From Nevskia soli DSM 19509 (lineage in GTDB: Bacteria; Pseudomonadota; Gammaproteobacteria; Nevskiales; Nevskiaceae), in NCBI RefSeq assembly GCF_000711955.1, contig NZ_JONR01000006.1:62096-94095 (forward strand): a stretch of DNA of 32,000 bases, given 5' to 3'. Every line of letters begins with the position of its first letter. Position 1 is the first letter of the stretch. The translations under genes and the position numbers were made by a program. Under the pieces are notes generated by a model that did not search any database, had not been told where the DNA came from, and saw only the letters and a program-made list of their open reading frames with translations. Shown piece by piece: positions 1-10,568 of this stretch.

Positions 1-363
1 CTGCGCCGGCTGCAGGCCTACAGCTTCCCCGGCAATGTGCGCGAACTGGAGAACGTGCTGGAGCGCGCCGTGACCCTCAGCGACGGCAAGCGCATCGCCG
101 CCGGCGAGTTGCAGCTGCGCGGCGATGCCGCCGCCATTGGCGGCGGGCCGCCCGCGGTGCAGGTGCCGGCCCCGGGCGCCGCCGCGCCTGGCGAACCCGC
201 AAAAACCGGCGCCGCGTTCGAAGACCAGATGGAAGAGATCGAGCGCCGCGCCATCCGCGAGGCGCTGGAGAAGGCCCGCTACAACAAGACCAAGGCGGCG
301 GCGCTGCTCGGCATGTCGTTCCGCTCGCTGCGCTATCGCATCAAGAAGCTGGGCATCGAGTAG
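1..363 (+). CDS. Sigma-54-dependent (NtrC/Fis-family) transcriptional activator, C-terminal fragment; the gene begins upstream of the window
   Basis: Frame 1 is open from base 1 (LRRLQAYSFPGNVRELENVLERAV). GNVRELEN is the end of the AAA+ sigma-54 interaction module. The C-terminal EIERRAIREALEKARYNKTKAAALLGMSFRSLRYRIKKLGI is a Fis-type HTH. Confidence 0.85.
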   Translation: MRRLQAYSFPGNVRELENVLERAVTLSDGKRIAAGELQLRGDAAAIGGGPPAVQVPAPGAAAPGEPAKTGAAFEDQMEEIERRAIREALEKARYNKTKAAALLGMSFRSLRYRIKKLGIE

Positions 364-390
364 GTTTTTGCAGGCACTCCGGCCGGAACG

Positions 391-422
391 GAAAAGCCCC
401 GCGGACGCAGCGTCCGCGGGGC
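391..422. terminator. Hairpin between convergent genes, probably a rho-independent terminator mainly serving the minus-strand peptidase gene
   Basis: gccccgcggacg-cag-cgtccgcggggc gives a 12-bp GC-rich stem with a 3-nt loop (396-422). It is preceded by gaaaa on the plus strand, which is a T-run after the stem on the minus strand. It lies between the stops at 363 (+) and 483 (-). Confidence 0.5.
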
Positions 423-482
423 CTGTCGAGGGAAGGCGCCTGCTTGGTCCCGGACCATTCGCGATGCGGGATCGCCAGGGAC

Positions 483-2114
483 CTAGTGGCCGACCACCGT
501 GTTGAAGCTGGCGATGTCGAAGGTGCCCCAGCCGGTGGTTTCGTCGAAGCCAGCCTTGGCGCTGTAGCCGCCGAGCAGGGGCAGGCCGTTGTTGCCGGAG
601 GTGACGTCGTGATACGGCGCCGGGGTCTTGCCCGCGGCGGCGTAGAGCAGCGGCGCGGCGAAGCCCAGGCTGTTGCCGTGCGAGGACTGGACCCGCGCCC
701 AGGTGCCGGTGCTCAGCGGCGCCGACAGGCTGGTGCCGCCGATCTGGGCGGAAGCGCCGTTGACGATCACCAGCGCGCCGGAGTTCGGATCGGCGTCCAT
801 CGCCACGTCCGGCACTTCGCGCTTGGCCGAACCGGTCACGCTCTGCTGATAGGGCTGCGCCGTCTCGTAGACGCTGACACCGCCGCCGCCGCTTTTCCAG
901 GCGGTCTCGCCGGCCCAGACGTTGCCGCTGGTGCTGAGCGTGGTGCCGCCCACCGCCACCACGTAGGGCGAGCTGGCCGGATAGCTGACCGCCTTGACCA
1001 GGCCGGTGTGGCCGGAGCAGCCGGTCTTGTAGCCGCCGTCGCCGGAGGAGACGAAGAAGGTGATGCCGAGAGCCGAGGCCGACTTGAAGATGAGATCGTC
1101 GGTGGCCATTTCGCCGCTGCTGTTGGAGCTCTTCTCGCAGATGCCGAGCGAGACGTTGACCGCCTTCACCTTGTTGTCGCTCACCGCCAGGTTGTAGGCG
1201 GCGGTCAGGTCGGCGTCGCCGAGGGAGGCGGCGTTGTAGAAATAGATGTCCTTGACCGTGCCGGCGATGCCGGTGGAGCTCTGGCTGTCGAGGTCCCACT
1301 CGTCGAGGCCGCTGGTGTCGGTGCCGTTGATCTCGGCGGGACGGAACACCAGGTTCACCGGCGTCAGGCCGTTCTGGCTCTCGAAGGTGCGCAGATCGGC
1401 CACGGTCTGGGTCAGGTTGCCGTCGGTGACGATGCCGATGTCGGTGGCGCTGCCGGTGGCCACGCTGGTGGCGTTGTAGATGGCGGCGAACGCCGTGGGA
1501 ACATGGCCCGCGGTGCTCGCCTGGGTGGCGGCGGCGGGATACTCGATCATCGGCTGGGCCAGGTCGGCGTTCTGCAGGCCGAGCACGGCGGTGACCAGGC
1601 CATTCAGGGCGTCCGGAATCGACACGTCGGCCTTGTTGGCGAACACCTGCCGGTTGCCCAGCTTGAACTGCGCCAGCCTGGTGTTGAAGGCGGCTTCGAT
1701 CTGCGACGGACGCGCATCGGCGGTGATCAGCAGGCGATTGGCCGCCACGGTGACGTTCTGGAAGCCGGCGCGGACCAGGTAGTCCACGACGGTCTGCGCC
1801 TGCCGCGGCGTTACCGCGTAGGTGCCGGTGAATTCCTCGCTGGAGAGGGCGGTGCCGTAGTCGCGGAAGCCGAGCGTGTGCTGGCGAACCAGGAACGCGT
1901 CCAGCGCGGCCTCGTTCTGCAGCTTCAGGCCGATGGCCACATGCAGGGTGCGGGATGCCGGAAGGGCACCCAGTTCCACGGCGTTTTCAAGGACGTGAGC
2001 CTTGCTGCTGGTGGCGTGCCAGGCAGCCTGCGCGGAAGCGCCGCAGGACAGTGCGGCAATGCCGATTGCCAAAGCGATAGCCGGGCGCGAGCGCCCAAAG
2101 CGAGTTGCGGTCAT
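483..2114 (-). CDS. Secreted S53-family serine-carboxyl peptidase (sedolisin/kumamolisin-like) with N-terminal propeptide
   Basis: 543-aa ORF with an ATG start. Signal-peptide-like N-terminus (RPAIALAIGIAALSCGASAQA). SGDGG motif and catalytic-serine motif IGGTSLSAPL are typical of sedolisins. The long pro-domain comes before the catalytic part. Confidence 0.85.
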   Translation of the reverse strand: MTATRFGRSRPAIALAIGIAALSCGASAQAAWHATSSKAHVLENAVELGALPASRTLHVAIGLKLQNEAALDAFLVRQHTLGFRDYGTALSSEEFTGTYAVTPRQAQTVVDYLVRAGFQNVTVAANRLLITADARPSQIEAAFNTRLAQFKLGNRQVFANKADVSIPDALNGLVTAVLGLQNADLAQPMIEYPAAATQASTAGHVPTAFAAIYNATSVATGSATDIGIVTDGNLTQTVADLRTFESQNGLTPVNLVFRPAEINGTDTSGLDEWDLDSQSSTGIAGTVKDIYFYNAASLGDADLTAAYNLAVSDNKVKAVNVSLGICEKSSNSSGEMATDDLIFKSASALGITFFVSSGDGGYKTGCSGHTGLVKAVSYPASSPYVVAVGGTTLSTSGNVWAGETAWKSGGGGVSVYETAQPYQQSVTGSAKREVPDVAMDADPNSGALVIVNGASAQIGGTSLSAPLSTGTWARVQSSHGNSLGFAAPLLYAAAGKTPAPYHDVTSGNNGLPLLGGYSAKAGFDETTGWGTFDIASFNTVVGH

Positions 2115-2272
2115 ACGGAAATCCCCTTGCCTGATAAGCCCTTCTATGCCGAGGGCAGTGAGACGAGCTTAACAGGAGATTTGAAGCGGCCGTCACCCCG
2201 CCGATGCGGGGGGTTCGGACCTACCCGAAATGAGGGGAAAAGGGGGTTGAATCATCGGCGCGAATCAAGCCT

Positions 2273-3139
2273 TCACTGTGCTTTGGTTGCCGATTCCCGT
2301 TGCAGCAAGGCCGCCTTGCGCTCGGGGCCCCAGCGGTAGCCGGAGAGCCTGCCGTCGGCGCCGACCACGCGGTGGCAGGGGATGAGCATGGCGATGCGGT
2401 TGCTGGCGCAGGCGGAGGCCACGGCGCGGCTGGCCCTGGGCTCGCCCAGTTTTGCCGCCACCGCGCCGTAGCTCAACGTTCCGCCCAGTGGAATCTCGCG
2501 CAAGGCGCGCCACACGCGCGACTGGAAGGCGGTGCCCTGGATGTCCAGCGGCAGATCCAGCGCCTCGCGCGGCAGCAGCACGAAGTCGCGCACCTGTTCG
2601 AACCAGCCGTAGAGCCGCGCCTCGTCGTTGTGCAGGCGCGCCTTGGGGAAAGCGGCGCGCAGATCTTCCAGCAGGGCGCCCGGTTGCTCGCCGAAGGCCA
2701 GCCAGCAGACGCCGCGCCCGGTGGCGGCCAGCAGCATCCAGCCCAGGTCCGACAGGCCCATCCACCAGCCGATGGCGAGCGCGCCGCGCAACTGGCCTGG
2801 CGCGGCGCCGAGGGCGGCGCTGGCGTTGGCATAGGCCGCCGCACTGGACTCGTAGCCGGCGTTGAATACCGCGTCGAGGGCGGTGCCGTCCTGGCGCAGG
2901 TTCTGGGTCAGGCGGTGCAGGGCCAGGGCCTGGGCGTAGGCCTTGGGGCTGACACCGAGGCGGCGGGTGAACTGGCGCTGCAACTCGGAGGCGCTGACGC
3001 CGGCCTGCGTGGCGAGTTGCGTCAGCCTGGGCATGCCTTCATCGCGCTCGATGTGGCGGCACACCGCCATCAGCACCTGCGGCCAGTCGGTATGTCCCTG
3101 GGCTTTCTTCATGGGGTCCATTGTCGCCTTGGTGTTCAT
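2273..3139 (-). CDS. AraC-type HTH fused to methylated-DNA-[protein]-cysteine S-methyltransferase (Ada/Ogt-like; no N-terminal Zn-Ada domain seen)
   Basis: 288 aa. ATG is preceded by AAGGAG. The N-terminal half has an AraC-like HTH (LTQLATQAGVSASELQRQFTRRLGVSPKAY). The C-terminal half has the MGMT active-site motif IPCHRVV and the upstream DNA-binding helix (SYGAVAAKLGEPRASRAVASACASN). Confidence 0.85.
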   Translation of the reverse strand: MNTKATMDPMKKAQGHTDWPQVLMAVCRHIERDEGMPRLTQLATQAGVSASELQRQFTRRLGVSPKAYAQALALHRLTQNLRQDGTALDAVFNAGYESSAAAYANASAALGAAPGQLRGALAIGWWMGLSDLGWMLLAATGRGVCWLAFGEQPGALLEDLRAAFPKARLHNDEARLYGWFEQVRDFVLLPREALDLPLDIQGTAFQSRVWRALREIPLGGTLSYGAVAAKLGEPRASRAVASACASNRIAMLIPCHRVVGADGRLSGYRWGPERKAALLQRESATKAQ

Positions 3140-3158
3140 GATTTGCTCCTTGCGGCTT

Positions 3159-3800
3159 TCAGGGCAGCTCGCCGCTGGAATGGGGATCGATCGAATACGG
3201 GTGGACTTCGTCGAGGAAGCCGGGCTGGGCGCGAACCCGGGCGATCCAGGCGCGCACGCCCGGGTAGGGTTCCAGCGAGACGTCCGCCTCCCCTGCCCGG
3301 CTGATGTAGGCGAACATCGAGATGTCGGCCACGGTATAGCCGCTGTCGGTGAGGAAGGGATGTTCCGCCAAACGCTGTTCCAGGATGCCCAGCGTCTTCA
3401 GGCTGCCGGCGCGCTTCGCGGCGATCACTTCCGGCATGCGGCGGGCCAGCTTGCCGGTCATGGTCCAGTGGCGCAGCGAGGCCAGGCCGTTCTGCACGTG
3501 GTCTTCCTCGAAGAACATCCAGCGCAGCACCTGGGCGCGTTGCCAGGGGCCGAGCGGCAGGTAGGGCGTGCCTTCGGCGAGGTAGAACAGGATGGCGTTG
3601 GATTCGGCCAGGGTGCGGCCGTCCTCCAGTTCCAGCACCGGCACGGCACCGACCGGGTTGAGGGCCTGGAATGCAGGGCTCCTGCCCTCGCCTTCGAAGA
3701 TGCTGACCAGCCTGGTGCGATAGGGGCGTTCGAGGTGGCTGAGCAGCAGGCGGACCTTGTAGCCGTTTTGCGAAGGGAGGTAGTCGTGCAGCGTCAGCAT
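3159..3800 (-). CDS. Glutathione S-transferase
   Basis: The ORF runs 3159..3830. I prefer the ATG at 3800 (MLTLHDYLPSQNGYKVR...), which matches typical GST N-termini. VPVLELEDGRTLAESNAILFYLAE is the thioredoxin-fold G-site region. The start is uncertain by up to 30 nt. Confidence 0.85.
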   Translation of the reverse strand: MLTLHDYLPSQNGYKVRLLLSHLERPYRTRLVSIFEGEGRSPAFQALNPVGAVPVLELEDGRTLAESNAILFYLAEGTPYLPLGPWQRAQVLRWMFFEEDHVQNGLASLRHWTMTGKLARRMPEVIAAKRAGSLKTLGILEQRLAEHPFLTDSGYTVADISMFAYISRAGEADVSLEPYPGVRAWIARVRAQPGFLDEVHPYSIDPHSSGELP

Positions 3801-3973
3801 GGCGGGGCTCCGGGGTTTCATGGAGCGCACTTTAGGGGGTGGCCCGCATGAGTTCTTCCGGATTCTTGCGCGGGGAAGACTGTGGCTGTTGAAGGGCTGC
3901 GTTTCGCTCCATTCGCCCTGTTTTTCAGGGGGAAATCATTTCCGGTTTTCGGGGCGAAAAACATCATGCGTGC

Positions 3974-4006
3974 CATGCGTGCCAAGGGTTTTTGTTGGCA
4001 CGCATG
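3974..4006. repeat. Perfect 12-bp-stem palindrome (catgcgtgccaa / ttggcacgcatg, 9-nt loop), preceded by a partial direct repeat of catgcgtgc
   Basis: Read directly in the GST-uvrA intergenic region. Function unknown. Confidence 0.6.
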
Positions 4007-4077
4007 CGGCGAGCAGTGAATTTTCAGGGGGCGGAATTGCCGGGATTTGAGGGACTCATCCCGGCCTGCGGGTTTCA

Positions 4078-4359
4078 GTCCCCCCTCCCCACGAATGCGG
4101 GGAGGGGGTTAGGGTGAGGGGCGGGTAGCGGAGTGCAGCACTACGGCCCCTGGATTCCGGCTTTCGCCGGAATGACGATGGGGGATGGGTCCGCGCTTGG
4201 CCCCTCCCTCGGTACAAATCGCTTCGCGATTCACTCGGGACATTCGGAAAAACACACCCGCTACGCGGGCACTCGGGGCGAACGGAGATTGGTGCTCGGT
4301 CAGGTGAAAAGCGCCCCCTCACGCTAACCCGCTCCCCATCATGGGGAGCGGGGGGGGGG
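4078..4359. repeat. MITE-like composite. Two inverted ~45-bp hairpin units (4078-4123 and 4311-4359) flank ~185 bp that contains a REP-like hairpin (4149-4177)
   Basis: Left unit is cccccctccccacgaatgcggggagggggttagggtgaggggc. The reverse complement of the right unit is cccgctccccatgatggggagcgggttagcgtgagggggc. They share the ctcccc/ggggag stems and the ggttagNgtgagggg tail. The internal hairpin cctggattccggctttcgccggaatgacg recurs at 24178 and 25224. Confidence 0.6.
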
Positions 4360-4388
4360 AACAGCAGGTGGCGCCGCTTCTTCTGGGG

Positions 4389-7250
<2,862 letters not shown>

Positions 7251-7564
7251 GGGGCAGTAGAGTTTTCGGCCACGCGAGGCGCGGCGGGGAATGGGGCAAT
7301 CGGGTACTATACTTCCCTTAATTGCTGCAGTGCACCCTGTTTTCAATGCCTGCAGTGATGCGCGACAACGGCGTCTGCGCCAACCGGCCCGGAATCTGCA
7401 TCGGTTCCCGGCCAAAATGGCCCAAAACTTATCGTTTCCGCCTGACCGATGAGCCCCAAACAAGCTAAAAGCATTTTCGGACCAGCCACCGTCCCTGCCC
7501 CGCACGCGCCCGGCAGCTTCGCGGCGCTGCTGCGGATCGTCTTCAACCCGGACAGCATCGCCTC

Positions 7565-8755
7565 ATGAACGCTCTGGAATGGCGCTCCACCATCGCCCTG
7601 GGCTCGGTCTACGCCCTGCGCATGGTCGGCATGTTCATGATCCTGCCGGTCTTCGCGCTTTACGCGAGCACCCTGCCGGGCGGCGTGACGCCGCTGGAGG
7701 AAGGCTTCACCCTGGGCCTGTACGGGCTGGTGCAGGCCTTCCTGCAGATTCCCTTCGGCATCGCCTCCGACCGCTGGGGGCGCAAGCCGGTGATCGTCAT
7801 CGGCATGCTGCTGTTCGCCCTGGGCAGCTTCATCGCCGGCAGCACCCACCAGATCGGCTGGATCATGCTCGGCCGCGCGGTGCAGGGCGCCGGCGCGGTC
7901 TCCGCCGCCGTCTCCGCCCTGGTGGCCGACACTACCCGCGCCGAAGTGCGCACCACCGCCATGGCGATTCTCGGCGCCGGCATGGGCGTGTCCTTCATCC
8001 TGGCGATGGTGCTGGGGCCGGTGTTCGAGGGCTGGATCGGCGTCAACGGCATCTTCCACATGACCGGCGTGCTGGCGCTGCTGTCGATTCCGCTGGTGCT
8101 GTTCGTGGTGCCGAACGCGCCGCCGGCCGAAAAGCGCGTCGCCAACATGGAAGCCGCGATTGCCGACACGCAACTGCTGCGGCTGGACGGCGGCGTCTTC
8201 CTGCTGCACCTACTGATGGCCGGACTGTTCCAGGCGGCGCCTTACGCCATCGTGCGGACCCTGGGCCTGCCGGTGGCGAAACACTGGCAGGTGTACCTGC
8301 CGGTGCTGATCTTCTCCATCATCCCGGTGTTCCCGCTGATCCGCTGGGCGGAAAAGCGCGGCAAGACCAAGCCGGTATTCATGGGCGCGGTGGCGACGCT
8401 GGGCGTGGCGCTGCTGCTGGCCGCGGCGGGCTACACCATCGCCATCGGCCTGTGGGCGGCGATGCTGGTGTTCTTCGTCGCCTTCAACTACCTGGAAGGC
8501 TCCCTGCCCTCGATGATCTCGCGCCGCGCGCCGGCTTCGCAGAAAGGCGCGGCGCTGGGCGTGTTCTCCACCGCGCAGGTGCTGGGCGGCGCCATCGGCG
8601 CGCCGCTGGGCGGCTACCTGTACGAGCACGGCGGCCTGACCCTGGCTTTCGCCGGGCCGGCGCTGCTGACGGCGCTGTGGCTGAGCTTCGCCGCCGGGCA
8701 GACGCCGGTGGATGCCACCCACGCCGGGCCGGAGCCGGCACGGCCTGGTGCATAA
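7565..8755 (+). CDS. MFS transporter
   Basis: 396 aa with an ATG start, highly hydrophobic and multi-span. The MFS loop 2-3 motif is DRWGRKPVIVIG. It is divergent from uvrA. Confidence 0.85.
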   Translation: MNALEWRSTIALGSVYALRMVGMFMILPVFALYASTLPGGVTPLEEGFTLGLYGLVQAFLQIPFGIASDRWGRKPVIVIGMLLFALGSFIAGSTHQIGWIMLGRAVQGAGAVSAAVSALVADTTRAEVRTTAMAILGAGMGVSFILAMVLGPVFEGWIGVNGIFHMTGVLALLSIPLVLFVVPNAPPAEKRVANMEAAIADTQLLRLDGGVFLLHLLMAGLFQAAPYAIVRTLGLPVAKHWQVYLPVLIFSIIPVFPLIRWAEKRGKTKPVFMGAVATLGVALLLAAAGYTIAIGLWAAMLVFFVAFNYLEGSLPSMISRRAPASQKGAALGVFSTAQVLGGAIGAPLGGYLYEHGGLTLAFAGPALLTALWLSFAAGQTPVDATHAGPEPARPGA

Positions 8756-8911
8756 ACGGCCGTAATTTTTCTGGCCGGATTACGTCTGGGGGCTTGTCGG
8801 TTCCGCGCACTGACGTGCGCTTGAACCGACCTACGGTGCGGATATCTTGAGCAGCACGACACCCGGCTTTGCAGCTACGATAGCTTTCGCATCCGTTCAA
8901 AAGAGCGTCCC

Positions 8912-9151
8912 GTGACAACGGTGAAACTACTCCAGCTCGGTAAATCGCAAGTGCTTCGTATACCGGCGCGCTACCGTATGAACGCGCAGGAAGTGGAAGT
9001 GTTCCAGCGTGACGGCGAACTGGTATTACGTCCCAAACCGCGCACTGTCGCTGATCTGTTTGCACAGGCACGCAGCCTTGCAGATGACATGTCCGACTGG
9101 GAGCGCCCAGAGCAAGGCAAAGTCAGACAGCCAAAAGAAACACTGCCGTAA
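8912..9151 (+). CDS. AbrB/MazE/SpoVT-fold antitoxin (VapB-like), with no intact cognate toxin
   Basis: 79 aa with a GTG start (an alternative GTG lies at 8921). LQLGKSQVLRIPARYRMNAQEVEVFQRDGELVLRP matches the swapped-hairpin antitoxin pattern (xxGxSQAVRLPxxF....V.I...G..l.l.P). It sits in a lower-G+C patch. Confidence 0.7.
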   Translation: MTTVKLLQLGKSQVLRIPARYRMNAQEVEVFQRDGELVLRPKPRTVADLFAQARSLADDMSDWERPEQGKVRQPKETLP

Positions 9152-9271
9152 CAAGCCATTACATCCCACTCTTCAAGCAAGCGCCGCGATGACACGCAAG
9201 CGGCGGCGGCCCTGGTGTATTCTGTTATCCGTGAGGGTGTGCCGGACCTTACGACTATTCCCGGCGCATGA
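9152..9271 (+). pseudogene. Possible 3' remnant of a PIN-domain (VapC-like) toxin gene
   Basis: The frame opening right after the antitoxin stop reads ...RRDDTQAAAALVYSVIREGVPDLTTIPGA*. This loosely resembles VapC C-termini (D..IAA.A.......LvTrN..DF..IPGL). There is no start codon and no N-terminal PIN residues. Weak. Confidence 0.2.
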
Positions 9272-9440
9272 ACGAGGACACCAGATGAAACCATCCATCG
9301 ATGATTTTTTCGCCCCTGTGGCGTGTGTCCGCCCTCCGCTGCAAAGCCCGACCCTGCAACGCTCCAGCCCTGCCCCCGGCAGCGGCGCGGGCGCGCGTGC
9401 GGGCCGGGCTGTCCATTCCATTTAGTTAGAGGAGGCGCAC

Positions 9441-9944
9441 ATGGCTCGTGGAGTCAATAAAGTCATTCTGATCGGCAACCTGGGCAAGGATCCGGAACTG
9501 AAATCCTTCCCCAACGGCGACGCATACTGCAACCTCACGCTGGCGACGTCCGAGTCCTGGACGGACAAGACCTCCGGCGAGAAGAAAGAGCGCACCGAGT
9601 GGCACAACCTGGTCTTCACCCGCAAGCTGGCGGAGATCGTCGGCCAGTACCTGAAGAAGGGCGCGAAGATCTACGTCGAAGGCTCCCTGCGCACCCGCAA
9701 GTGGCAGGACAAGGACGGCCACGACCGCTATACCACCGAGATCCAGGTCAACGACATGCAGATGCTCGACGGCAAGGGCGGCGGTGGCGGCGGCGACGAG
9801 TACGGCGGGGGTTCCAGCAGCTACGGCGGCGGCTCCAGCGCCCGCAGCAGCGCACCGCCGCGTGAGCGGGCCCCGGCCCGCGCGGCGCCGGCTGCGCCGC
9901 AGGGCGGGGACGGCGGATTCGAGGACGACGACATTCCGTTCTGA
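9441..9944 (+). CDS. ssb: Single-stranded DNA-binding protein
   Basis: [19 protein letters not shown]... OB-fold N-terminus, a Gly-rich linker, and the canonical acidic tail DDDIPF. The SD GAGGAGG lies 6 nt upstream of the ATG. Confidence 0.97.
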   Translation: MARGVNKVILIGNLGKDPELKSFPNGDAYCNLTLATSESWTDKTSGEKKERTEWHNLVFTRKLAEIVGQYLKKGAKIYVEGSLRTRKWQDKDGHDRYTTEIQVNDMQMLDGKGGGGGGDEYGGGSSSYGGGSSARSSAPPRERAPARAAPAAPQGGDGGFEDDDIPF

Positions 9945-9966
9945 AGCCGATTTCCTTGCTGCAAAC

Positions 9967-10002
9967 AAAAGCCCGTCAGATGCTCATCTGACGGGCCTTT
10001 TA
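9967..10002. terminator. Bidirectional rho-independent terminator between convergent ssb and the response-regulator gene
   Basis: aaaa-gcccgtcaga-tgctca-tctgacgggc-ctttt gives a 10-bp stem (9971-9996) flanked by an A-run and a T-run. Confidence 0.7.
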
Positions 10003-10015
10003 TCAATGACCGCCG

Positions 10016-10387
10016 CTACGCCGCGGCGAGCACGCGATCGACGGACGCTTTCAATTCCTTTTCGTGGAACGGCTTGTCCAGCACATCGCGCGCGCCGGCC
10101 TTGCGCGCCCGGGCGATCAGTTGCGCATCGCGCATGCCGGTGATGACGATCACAGGAAGCGCCGATTGCTTTACGGCGAGCTTTTCCAGAAGCTCGGCGC
10201 CGTTCATTCCCGGCATGTTGAGATCGAGCAGCAAGCAGTCGGGGGCGCTCCCCAGCTTCAAGGTCTCAAGGAACTGCTCGGCCGAGGCAAAGGCGCGCGC
10301 GCGCCAGCCGTAGCTGCTCAGCAAGAGGAATGTCGCCGAACGGACCGCTTCGTCGTCATCAACAATATCAATCACTGGCTGTTTCAT
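10016..10387 (-). CDS. Single-domain response regulator (CheY-like receiver)
   Basis: 123 aa with an ATG start. It has the acidic pocket IVDDDEA, the phospho-acceptor context LLLDLNMPGMNG, plus VIVITG and a conserved Lys (DKPF). Confidence 0.9.
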   Translation of the reverse strand: MKQPVIDIVDDDEAVRSATFLLLSSYGWRARAFASAEQFLETLKLGSAPDCLLLDLNMPGMNGAELLEKLAVKQSALPVIVITGMRDAQLIARARKAGARDVLDKPFHEKELKASVDRVLAAA

Positions 10388-10568
10388 ATCAATGCAATTC
10401 GCTGACGCTCGATCACGGGTTGTTTCAATCCGGGCGGCTAGGCAGGTGCTACTCCTTCTAGGCTGGGTCTTTCAAGCGTATTAGACCCGAGGGCCGCACC
10501 CCCGGCTATGATGTGGGTCAATACAGGTAGAAGCCGCAGATCGTTCCGTCATGCAGGCAGCGCGGGCG

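Noticed and set aside
444-2339. 631-aa plus-strand ORF covering the S53 peptidase locus
   Set aside because: It is antisense to a gene with clear sedolisin motifs. Its translation is Gly/Ala/Arg/Val-rich low-complexity sequence, typical of stop-free antisense frames in high-G+C DNA.
3996-4011. Sigma-54-like element tGGcacgcatgcgGC (GG-N10-GC) in the right arm of the 3974-4006 palindrome, in a window that also encodes a sigma-54 activator
   Set aside because: The -12 region is CGGC rather than TTGC. No plus-strand gene follows for 3.5 kb, because uvrA is on the other strand. The match is most simply a by-product of the palindrome.
4056-4327. Small ORFs 4056-4322 (-) and 4133-4327 (+) in the uvrA-GST spacer
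   Set aside because: They are translations of REP/MITE-like repeats (IPAFAGMT, LTLTPSP peptides), not genes.
7251-7505. 85-codon N-terminal extension of the uvrA ORF
   Set aside because: The conserved UvrA N-terminus begins at the ATG at 7250. The extension ([13 protein letters not shown]...) is non-conserved-looking intergenic read-through.
7251-7564. Search for LexA/SOS boxes (CTGT-N8-ACAG) upstream of uvrA, and at 9272-9440 upstream of ssb
   Set aside because: I found no convincing palindrome. The repeated ctgcagtg motifs at ~7325 and ~7352 do not fit the SOS-box consensus.
7343-8850. Alternative-frame and antisense ORFs over the MFS gene (7579-8850 +, 7343-8209 -, 8210-8722 -, 8484-9071 -)
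   Set aside because: They are Arg/Gly/Pro/His-rich with no hydrophobic periodicity or motifs. The 7565-8755 frame gives a coherent multi-span MFS protein.
9426-9968. 180-aa minus-strand ORF opposite ssb
   Set aside because: Antisense to an unmistakable ssb (OB fold plus DDDIPF tail).
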